From Anthoceros angustus (lineage: Eukaryota; Plantae; Anthocerotophyta): a stretch of 64,000 bases of DNA. Shown piece by piece: positions 1 through 9,174 of the stretch (position 1 is the stretch's first letter; the number at the start of each line of letters is the position of its first letter). The notes under the pieces are model-generated. The model saw only the letters and a program-made list of their open reading frames with translations, had not been told where the DNA came from and did not search any database. Location of the stretch: positions 1-64,000 of the forward strand of contig VJWM01000305.1 in NCBI GenBank assembly GCA_010909165.1. Reading direction: 5' to 3'. Both the position numbers and the translations under genes were made by a program.

Positions 1-420
1 AAGGTTCCCAAAGGTACTGCCGACTCTATAACCCAACACAATATAAGGGAGCAACTCATCCCAGCACTTGGGTTCCACAGTGATACAGTACTTCCTGAGA
101 GCATCCTTGAATGTCTGAACCAACCTCTCTGCCAGACCATGAGCTTGAGGATGATCCCGAGATGTCTTCCTGTGGTCAATCAAACTTCTGTCCAGCAACG
201 TCTGAAATTCGCCTCTGTATTTGTTGCCCTGATCAGTGAGCACCTCTGCACAGCTCCCGAATCTGCTCAGCACACACTGCAGAAAGGCTGTACTGGTGTA
301 GTGTGAGGTCCTCTGAGGCAGAAACGCTACCTCCACCCACTTGGAGAAGTGCTCAATCATCACCATGCAGTGACGATTTCCCTGTTTTGTCAACGGCAGT
401 TCTGGCATCAAATCCACCGA
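1..420 (-). pseudogene. pol: Ty3/gypsy integrase catalytic core fragment, a different family from the other gypsy elements here; runs off the left edge
   Basis: Manual translation of the minus strand gives 140 open codons: SVDLMPELPLTKQGNRHCMVMIEHFSKWVEV...VLTDQGNKYRGEF...HPQAHGLAERLVQTFKDAL. The D,D,E triad is present. The preceding codon is TGA where RWSVD would have TGG. Not in the ORF track. Confidence 0.85.
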
Positions 421-428
421 TCACCTGA

Positions 429-618
429 CTCTACTAGAAAGGGCAGCCTATGTTACACTTTTTGTTAAGATTTGAACCCCCCCTTGTTGCAATTATGTTA
501 AAATCTTGGGGTCTTGTTACACTTTTTGGGCCCCTTGTAACACTCAGGGTTGGAAACCAACCCTCCATCTTGTTACAGTCGTGTTACAGTCTTATTGCAA
601 TTTTGTTGCAATGTAGTG
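429..618. mobile_element. Possible short non-autonomous CACTA-like element
   Basis: Left end CTCTACTAGAAA is one mismatch from CACTACTAGAAA; right end TGTAGTG is the reverse complement of CACTACA. Internal TGTTACA/TGTAACA/TGTTGCAA subterminal repeats occur in both orientations. No clean 3-bp TSD (tga/aga). Confidence 0.3.
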
Positions 619-2230
619 AGAGGTGGTATCTAGCCTCTTTCTCTAGGAGGGTGGAGCGTGGCAGGAACGAAAGGAAAACGTGGAGGGAGAGCTTCCAAAT
701 TGCTGCCACAAGTGTAAGGAGGTGTAGATTACTCTTGGAGGAGTTTTCTTTGCAACCCACAGCAGGAGGAGTTGGGGTTTGAGGAGCCAAGGTGTAAGGA
801 CCATGTGGTGAGAACAAGGGCAAGGTACGAGGCGTGGAAGGAGCTCCTCTGGGGGAGACACATGAGGAAGCCGCAGATAGGCTCGAGATTTGGGCCAGAG
901 AGAGCGATGAGATGGAAGGAGGATAGGTGCCTACTATGATAGGAACAACTCCTACCACGGTAGGAGTCACACCTACGAGGGTAGGAGGTGTGCCCACAGT
1001 GGTATGGGACCCAACCCGCTCCTTCATAAGGGAACCTACGGTGGTAGGAGGTAGTCCTACCGTGGTAGGAGACAACCCCACGGTGGTAGGAGGAAGACCT
1101 ACCACGGTAGGACACAGACCTACGGAGGTAGGAGCAACTCCTACCACGCTAGGAGAAAGGGGAGGACATGGTTTGGAGGCTCCTAGGCAGGAGGTGAGAA
1201 GGCAACCGACCCCGAGAGGTGGGCGAGCGGATGGAGCCACGGTGGGAAAAGCTACCCCATCAAACAACAAGCCAAGGGCTCGTCATGAGGAAGTGAGGGA
1301 TGTAAGATCCCAGGAGAAAGGCAAAGGCCTTATAGCACCTGTGAGCAAAGAAGGAGATTTGGGTTCTTTGGAGGAGATGCTGCGCATAGGGGAAATGTTC
1401 AGCAAGATCGATATAGAGCGGCGAGAGAAGGGTCGGCTTCTTGAAGATGGAGGCGGAGAAGACAAGCACATACCAAGCACGGAAGTTGCGGATAGGCGAG
1501 TGGAATCTCAACTACAGGAAGAAGCTATGGAGATGGAGTCCAAGGTGGAAACCTTGGAGAAAAACCTTGAAGCCAGTCAGCAAGAAGTGTTCGACCGCAT
1601 GAGGGAGAATAAGGTTTTGACCAAGCAGGTAGCCGCCCGTGAAGCACAAGTCAAGCAAGTCGCCCATTTGAAGGATACATGGGAGAAGAGGTCGGAGCAT
1701 AATCACAGGCTGCTGAAGGAAGAAGAGAGGAAGCAAGCTCAAGCATAGCAAGCAAAGGTGGCACAAGAGCGTGTTGAGGCACATGAGAAGGTAATGGCCG
1801 CCCAAGCTTTGAGGTCCGTGATTTGGAAAGGGAATCAAGAGATCTCCGCCGAATTTTGGGAGTGAAGGAAGGGGAATTGGAGAGTGCCAAGCATGTATTG
1901 CAGGAGGGTCGACTCCTTCAAGGCAAAGGATGAAAAAGACTGGGAAGAGAGCTGAAGTTATGGTGCACCAAATGCTAGTCATTTGCAAGATGGAGGCACA
2001 GCCACAGGAAGGCAGTATTGCAGATGGGCTGCAACATGGTGAAGGAATCGCAAAGGGGTGTACGTCATGAAGGCGGAATTTGCAGTAGGGCTGCAAGTGG
2101 ACGTGAAGGGAGGCCGTTGTGGTGGCCGCGAGGAGAATTGGGCAGCAAGGTGGGCTGAAACGAAAGTTGGTGGAGGAGTTCGCCAAGGAGAAATGTTGGT
2201 AAGGAGCTTGGTGAGGATCTCAACACGGGA
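619..2230 (+). pseudogene. Gypsy extra (post-integrase) gene homolog, internally deleted; PT(T/M)VG repeats plus coiled coil
   Basis: ORF 927-1748 (PTTVG repeats, then EEMLRIGEMFSKIDIERR...KVETLEKNLEASQ...KVLTKQVAAREAQV) matches the minus-strand ORF 4721-5131 (EEMRIGEMFKKVDV...VEHLEKSLE...NKALTKQLAAREEKV). Bases 640-830 match ~6800-6620. Confidence 0.65.
930..1153. repeat. Array of ~10 palindromic 14-bp units (consensus CCTACCRYGGTAGG) with 7-bp variable spacers, 21-bp period
   Basis: Direct reading: cctactatgatagg aacaact cctaccacggtagg agtcaca cctacgagggtagg ... cctacggtggtagg aggtagt cctaccgtggtagg agacaac ... cctaccacgctagg. Confidence 0.9.
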
Positions 2231-2309
2231 TCAGTACAATTTATTTTGCAAGATGGTGCATATGGTAATTTGGTGTGTTGGATACCAAAGTATAAAAACT
2301 CCGGAGTTA

Positions 2310-2590
2310 AGCGCCCTGTGGAACGCAAAAGTTTGGGCAAGCAGTCCAAAAGAGCCAGAAAACAAACAAGTTTGATTTTTTTTGGCTAAAAACAATTGAA
2401 GAGGAGCATGCCAGAAAATTTTCTGAGAACCTTGAAGCTGGAGTTGTAGGATATTGTTAGGAAGTCGAAGGGGACATCCCAGGAAAAAGAACGGGTTAAA
2501 ACGACCCCCAAGCAAGATAGAATGGCAGTCCGAAAGGGCGGTAGGCTGGCAGACTACCACCGTAGGCTGCCAAACTACGCCGGTAGGCTG
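2310..2590 (+). pseudogene. Homolog of the gypsy integrase C-terminal tail segment (WNAKVWA...EEHARKF...GVVGYC)
   Basis: Nucleotide and peptide similarity to 43951-44230 (+) and 7600-7790 (-); shared TGTGGAACGCAAAAGTTTGGGCAA. Confidence 0.55.
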
Positions 2591-2591
2591 A

Positions 2592-3610
2592 TGTGGGAGG
2601 CAGATCCCGGGGCTTCCGAGATGCACCCTCTGGCGGCCACACTTATCCCACTGTCGTTTCGTACGTTGGGTTTCATCCCATGAGACTTGGGGAACAGTCG
2701 AATCTTGAGAAATCCGTCACTACCTGCAACTACGCACTACCTCAGCCTTCTAAACAAGCAAGGCGCCCTCTCACGCTCCCTCTACAGCTCGCGTCTTTGT
2801 AAACTCACCAAACCTCAACCTACAGCGACACCACACAATTGCAGTTCGTCTTATGACAAGGTGTCTATCACGGGCGCCAGGACCCCGACCCACACCGCAA
2901 CCGTCCCTACTCCTAAGACACTCTTCTCCACACGGGCGCCCTCTTACTTGCAGTTGGGATTCGTCCCTTAGGCTCTGTGGCCTTAGTTTTCCTACACTCT
3001 AATCCTCCTCACAACTCTCTCAATCAACAACGCCCTCTTCTTCTCTACTCATCTACCCTTCCTTCCTCCACAATCTCCTACTCTAACACCAATTGCTGGC
3101 TCATTAATTCCAACTCGCCCTTAACAGGGTCCGGAAATTAACGAGTTCTTCCTTGGGCGGTTGCTATGTGGTTTGCAGACGGCGAGAACCTCCGAGTCTT
3201 TCCTGCGGTCTACCCTCAAGCCGAGTTCCTTGAGCATCGCCACACACTCAAAGCAAAACAATTCACACAACCATTCACAAGGGGCGGCTAGCGGGCGCTG
3301 CAAAGAGCAAGCCCTCCACCCGGCCTCCGACCGCGTTCTCCTCTCTACCGGACCTGCGTTGGCTTGCGGACGAAATTCACTGCACACAAAGTGAAGGACT
3401 CGGGAGGATGGGGCGCAAGACACGATAATTTTACTTCACAAGCTCCCTCCTTTTATAGGGAGGTCCTCACATACAGCCTCCCACAGCGCCCTCACAGCCT
3501 TTGCCTCCTTATTTTAGTGTATCCCTGATTTAAGTTCGACATCCAAGCATCTTGGGTAAAATTCTATTCTAGCAAATTCACCTATGTGAGCCTTAATGGC
3601 TCTGTCAACA
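2592..3610 (-). repeat. 3' LTR of gypsy element 1 (~1.0 kb; inner boundary 3610 or 3631)
   Basis: Starts TGTGGGAGG on the plus strand and is near-identical to 18938-19952. The minus strand begins TGTTGAC after a purine tract. TATA-like CCCTATAAAA on the minus strand at 3451-3460. Confidence 0.8.
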
Positions 3611-3724
3611 TTCCTATCTAGCTAGTCAACACACTCTCTTTGGGTGACAAGCATTAATGCTGTCCTCCTCTAAAGAAAAGTCTTCCCAAGTGGCATCTTG
3701 CCCCATGTCTTCAAGCTAATTTAA

Positions 3725-6494
3725 GGACTTCTTATGAATCCCTTCCTTATCTTGATGCCTATCTTGAGTTCCTTCCTCCAATAAAATAGCCGGGCTCTCT
3801 TAGCCTTGGCTCATCCTCGACTTCTCCTCTTCCTCTCACTTGTGGAGCAAGTGAGCTCCTTGCACCCATGTTAGGAGGTTGGTCTTCTCCTTGTGATTCT
3901 TGCTCCATTCTGCAAGATCAACCCCTCTTCCTTCTTTCTGCAAGGGCCAAGGTACTCGCCTCCCGTCAAATCCATGCTAGCACCTTTGAATCCGCTTCTT
4001 CCGGCCCTCCTACCATGGTAGGACCTTCTCCTACCAGTAGGAGTTCCTACAGTCATTTCTTCTTCCTTACCCCTTCACAGGTGATTCTCTCCACCTGCAG
4101 CTTCTCCGCTTCACTTCTCCACAGTGCGAAGTTTCTCCACCCTGTTGCTTGGGACACTCTCCAAGTCTAAGGCTTCCGGTTGGACTTGCATGAGGGCCTC
4201 CCTATCATCGTCATGAGGTCCCAACATCCTCCTTTCAGCAAGTCGCAACAACTCGTTAGTGGCCTTGAGCACCTTGTTGTGAAGATGGGCTGCAAATCGT
4301 TGTTGTGCCATCTCCAATTCTTCGTAATCCTCAAGCCATACTCCATGCTCACACTTGCTTTTGTAAGCATCTCGCTCAAGGCCAGCTCACCGGTCTTGAC
4401 ATGGAGAGCCACATTCTCCGTCCTCTCATTGCGGTTGGCGGATCAATCTCTCTTGTAGGGCATAATCAGCCCGAAATCTCTCTCCGCCGCCAACATATCT
4501 TTGCACCGCCTCATGGCCTTTCTCCTTTGCCATTTCTTCCTCCAACTCCCCTATCCTCCTAGGGAGTTGTGCATTCTCCGTTCTTTGGACTTCTCGTTCC
4601 ATTTCCAATCTTTGGACAAAATGTGTCCGTTCTTCCAGCTCTTCTTCCTTCAATTCCAGCCTCGTGGATTTCTCCCAGCTCCTTTTCCATGTCACTAATC
4701 TTCACGGCACTATGACCCGCTCATGTGCCTACTTGCCTTTGTCTTGCCCTCATTTCTTTGCGAGATTGCTCTCGTCTTGACCTTTCCTCCATTAGCAGCA
4801 CTTGCTTGTCTTGCCTTCTTTTCCATGTGCGCACCATGTGAGCAAGTTGCTCCACCTTCTCCTCTCGAGCTGCCAATTGCTTGGTAAGAGCCTTGTTCTC
4901 CGAATATGATTGTTTGCCTCCTGGCCTTGTTTCAAGACTCTTTTCCAAGTGCTCCACTTGAGCTTCCATCCTCATAACATCCTCCTGCCTTGGGTTTCCG
5001 CCTACCGCAATTTCCCTTGCTTGGTAGGTCCTTGTCTTCTCCGCCTCCGTCTTCAAGAATTCAACTCTCCTCTTGGCGGCTCCTACATCTACCTTCTTGA
5101 ACATCTCCCCTATGCGCATCTCCTCCAACATGTCTAAGTCTCCTTTCTTACCTCCGGAGACTCAAGGCCTTTGCCTTGCTCATGGGATCTTACATCCCTT
5201 GCTTCCCTATGATGAGCTCCCGCTCATCACTTGGTGGGCAACTCCTCCCGTGACTCCATCCTCGCCCACCTAGCAGGGGCCGGTTGCCTTCTTATCTCCT
5301 CTTGGGAGCTTCCAAACCGTGACTTCCTTTCCCTCCTACCGTGGTAGGAGGTGCTCCAGTAGGACTACTTCCTACCGTGGTAGGACTAATTCCTGTAGGC
5401 CTTGTCATGAGGACGAAGGGGTCCCAAACCACCTGGGAACACCTCCCACCCTCGCAGGCGGGATTCACCATGGTAGGATCTATCCTACCTTCCATCTCCG
5501 CATCTTCGGTCCAAACTTCAAATCCCCTACAACTTCTCCTTGCAAGTCCTCCTGCACATCCTCGGCCTATCTTTGGAGGATTCCTTCCGGCAATAATGTC
5601 CGGTGGTGCTGCGGCACCTCCTTTAGCGCAAAGCACCAAGCACTCCTGTCCCTCTCACAGGCGTAAGTACACAATGTTAAAGGGATGCTTGGAATCATCC
5701 AACTCCTTACTTGTGAGTAGCCCTCTACTTCCCACAAATGCACTAGATAAGTGCTAAGATAGCATGGCCTTGGGCATCTTCATCCAACGCGTTGGGTTTT
5801 GACAACTTTTCCGGTGGTAGGTGTATGCTTCATACATGATGAGCCCCAATCCGGCTTCGCTCCTTGAGTGATCTTCCATAGAAAATGGAGGAAGGTAGTG
5901 CTGAAATATGACACCCTTGGATTGCTCACCAAGCCCAAAACAATTCTTGTGAACAATCTCCACTTGGGCTCCAAGATTTGGTCCGTCCAACCGTTCTTAG
6001 ACTTAGCCTTCATGCCCCTTGCATAAGTGTAAGGGCTCCCTTGGGAAGATCCGCCGTTGATGCACGCTTGCCTCCACTCGTTCCTTCCATCAACGTGATT
6101 CCGCTATCCTCGCTATCCGGCTGCCATATACAGCGTATGCTCCTTACGGTCCAACACCGTGGATCCGTCCGTCGTTTCTATCCGGTAAGGCGGCCAATTC
6201 CTCTTCCGTCTGCAAATTAGCAAAACACTCTTCTATCAATTCAAGGTTGGTGTAAGACCAATGTCGCCCATACACCCACTCTAGCTGAATATTCTCCTCT
6301 GCTGCCCAAGGTCGAAAGTCGAAAGGTCTCTAGAGGATAGCTGGCACATAGCACGTAAATAAGGGCATGTCAAATTTCCACCCTCAGGTCGATCCTCCAC
6401 CTTAGACCTCTTGCGCTCCTGCGCCACCTCCCTTGGTGGACGCTCCTTCCTTAGCTACTACCTCCTTGCCCTTGGTCATGGTAGGCTTGGTCAT
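3725..6494 (-). pseudogene. Extra gene in env-like position: conserved N-terminal domain of unknown function, PT(T/M)VG linker, long coiled coil; frameshifted
   Basis: Stitched frames: MTKPTMTKGKE...MPLFTC...EENIQLEWVYGRHWSYTNLELIEECFANLQ...KNGWTDQILEPKWRLFTRIVLGLVSNPRVSYFSTTFLHFLWKITQGAKPDWG...CYLSTYLVHLWEVEGLLTSKEL, then E/K/R-rich helical ORFs 4721-5131, 4426-4695 and 4111-4317. Confidence 0.7.
5335..5490. repeat. Palindrome array inside the extra gene
   Basis: CCTACCGTGGTAGG at 5335-5348 and further units to ~5490; another perfect unit at 4009-4022. Confidence 0.8.
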
Positions 6495-7045
6495 GGCCTC
6501 CTTGGTTAGTACTTGCACGAAATTGAAGAAAAGTGATGCCTCTCCTGCAATTCCTGCGGCTCACCGACTTCTTATCCTTGCAAGCGTTTCTCCTCCTCGG
6601 TGATTTGCTCTTGCTCACAGCTCAAAGGTCCTTGCCTTGCTCTCCTCCTCAGCCCTTACACCTTGGCGTCCCTCAAAACCCCGATTTCTCCTGCAGAAAG
6701 CTCAACAAAATTCCCCACGGACTCTTACACCACGGCAATTTAGGAGCCCTTCCTGCACGGTTTCCTAGCAATCTTGCCACGCTCCACCCTCCTAGGCACC
6801 CTCACGAGCTTGGCAAGTGTTGGGTTGCGCCCCAACCTTCTTCTCCCTTCTCTTCTTCCTCTTTTCCTCCTTCTTCCTCTCTTGGGCGCTGGATTTCGCC
6901 TCCTTGCTGAGCTTGCCTCCTTCTCCTCCTCAACAGGCGCGTGTCGGGCGTTGCTGTATGGGGCCTTGGGCAGCTTGAGGTGTGGCGGCGCCTTCTGGCG
7001 GAGTCTCCTCAAGTTTCGAGTTGTGGCCTCCTGCGGGCACTGCCA

Positions 7046-7117
7046 CTTTTATAAGTCACCCAAGGGTTAGAAAAGTAACTACCATTCTATCCTGCCCTTG
7101 GATGTGTGCCACGTGGC
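7046..7117 (-). promoter_or_regulatory. Candidate internal promoter upstream of the extra gene: G-box GCCACGTGGC plus TATA box CTTATAAAAG
   Basis: G-box 7108-7117 and TATA 7046-7055, preceded by an AT-rich tract at 7140-7310. Repeated at 9292-9363 and 25310-25381. Motif match only. Confidence 0.35.
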
Positions 7118-7320
7118 CCTTTCCCACCATTGATGTTAGTTTCCTAATTTCCTTATACTAAAATACCAATTTCCCTATTTTTCTAATTTCTAATTCTGAA
7201 AATTAGCCTCTAATTTCTTAATTACCTATTTTGGCCTATTTATCTAGTCCACTAAAAGACTCTATATATAGCAAGCCTATCCTGCCTAAAACATAAGCTA
7301 CTTTCCTTAGAAACCTATCT

Positions 7321-7563
7321 CCTACGGTGGTAGGACATCCTCCTACCATGGTAGGCGTTTTCCCTTTCTCCTACCACGGTAGGAGTTTCTCTGGTGGTAG
7401 GATCTCTCCTACCCTCTCCTACCATGGTAGGAGCTATTCCTACTGGTAGGTGATCAAAACACTAGCGGTCATCCTCCTACGGTGGTAGGATCTCTCCTAC
7501 CCTCGTCTACCATGGTAGGAGTTTCTCCTACGGTGGTAGGACACCTCCTACCACTCATGTAGG
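7321..7563. repeat. Palindrome array at the end of pol / start of the 3' region
   Basis: Perfect CCTACCATGGTAGG at 7342-7355 and ~8 variant units; copies at ~9565-9800 and ~25582-25820. Confidence 0.85.
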
Positions 7564-7809
7564 TTACCTTTCTCCTCACCAGTAGGTCGTTTTGACCCGT
7601 TTCTTTTCCTGCATATCCTTTGCCTTCCGACATGGTCCTACAACTCCCGCTCAAAAGGAGCAAAAATTTCCTTGCATGTCTTCACCAAACCATTTCTAGC
7701 AAAAGTGTGGGCTGTTCAAAGCAAACTCATTTAAGCTTGTTGCCCAAACTTTTGCGTTCCACATACTCCCCTCCTCACTGTTTGCGTCCTCGCAAACAAC
7801 AGATACTCA

Positions 7810-9060
7810 GTGAAGGTACTTCTTAACCTTCCACCCATTCACTCTAGTTGGCAAATCCCCATCCGGCTGCGTGGTTGCGGATCCATTCTCATACTGCCAC
7901 CACCTCATAAGGTCCCATCCATCTCAATCTAAGCTTCCAGGAAGTCCATATATCGGCTATCATATAGAAGAACCAAATCCCGGCCATGATAGCTTCTTGC
8001 TTCCTCAACTTCCCATCATGCCTATCCTTTCTAAGCTCCTGAATTTGAGTTTCTTCTAAAGCATCTTCCCTCGTTCCTCATGCTCTATGAAAGACTCTAG
8101 TCTAGCTACGGCTATCTTCTGATCATCGCTCATCCTCCATGATTCTATAGGTAGGTACTTCAAATTCTCACAGCATCACGGAGACATGCCATATGTTAAA
8201 TAATAAGGGGTCTTCTTGGTTGTCACCTTCTCTGCTGTCTGTAAGCCCACTTGAATGTAGCTTAGTGTCCCAATCATACATGTGAGTCACGATTACCTTG
8301 GTCAAGATTGTACACAACAGCCCATTCGTTTTCTCCGTCAAACCATTCGCTTTGGGATTGTAAGGAGTTGTCTTTCGATCGAATGTTGAAGTAGGTGGTG
8401 AGTCTCGATCACGAGTTGAGAAATGAGTTCCCATCAGACCAACTCCAAAGGACATCCATACCTCGTTATAATGTTCTCAAGAGAAACTTGCTCTGCGTCG
8501 TCCTTTCTTGTTGCTTGACCTCCACCATCTTTGTACAATAGTCCGTAGCCACCAAGATATATTGCTTCCTTGTCCATTGTGTGGGTGGCTTGATTGGACC
8601 TACAAAATCTATACCCACTTCTCAAATGGTGCCAAAGGTAGTATGTAGGTGAGAGGCCCTTTGTGTTGACAAAGTGGGCCTTCCAACCCTCGACACGCAT
8701 CACACCTCCTAATAAATTCCCACATCCCTCGCATTGTAGCCACCAGCACATCCAAGACCTTCTTCACGGTGATTTGCGTCGAATAATGACCACCAGCCTC
8801 TTACGCATGTAAAACACATGACCAAAAGCGCTTCTCTAATTTCCGGACATCGCGAATCTTCTCTCGGACCAAGCTTGTACAAGACCCCATCCGTAGGCAA
8901 TAAGGGGCTGTCTTGTGGAAAAACAGCTCGCCCTCCCTAGACAAACCATCGGGCATGATTCCATGCTCTAGAAAATTTCGTACCTCACCATTCAGAGATA
9001 CCTTGGGCATGAACGCCCCTCACGTTCAATCTCCTCCTTCCACGCATACCACGTCGCCTC
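7810..9060 (-). pseudogene. pol: Gypsy integrase (zinc-binding N-terminus, DDE core, GPY/F-like C-terminus), copy 1
   Basis: Fragments EVRNFLEHGIMPDGL, FEKW-GIDFVGP (translated directly in the 26481-26858 copy), ENIITRYGCPLELV, TTPYNPKANGLTEKTNGLLC, RVNGWKVKKYL. Confidence 0.85.
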
Positions 9061-9174
9061 CTGCCAGCTCGCCAGCAGCCCCAGGCGGCGTTGTTCCATC
9101 CACAAATCCAGTTTCTCCCGCTTTGTCCATCTTTGCAAGTTTTGAGCTGCGGCCGTTTTGCATGCTCCTCCTCA

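Noticed and set aside
930-1153. CRISPR array (palindromic repeat plus unique spacer)
   Set aside because: Spacers are only 7 bp, repeats are 14 bp and degenerate, the context is a eukaryotic retrotransposon ORF, and there are no cas genes.
584-1270. Antisense ORFs over palindrome arrays (584-1270, 729-1115, 5341-5757, 16294-16668 and similar)
   Set aside because: The symmetric 21-bp repeat keeps several frames open on both strands, so these are shadows with no independent support.
3491-3510. LTR boundary at ...CCTCACA|GCCTTTGCCTCC (3496)
   Set aside because: It would leave the TATA ~40 bp from the LTR end. Alignment with the family 2 LTR and PPT places the boundary near 3610-3631.
3725-6494. 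Calling the extra gene a true env
   Set aside because: No signal peptide or clear transmembrane segment in the recoverable frames; only the position is env-like.
6505-6511. TACTAAC as a branch point for the extra gene
   Set aside because: It is only 4 nt from the next AG, has no downstream pyrimidine tract, and is absent in family 2.
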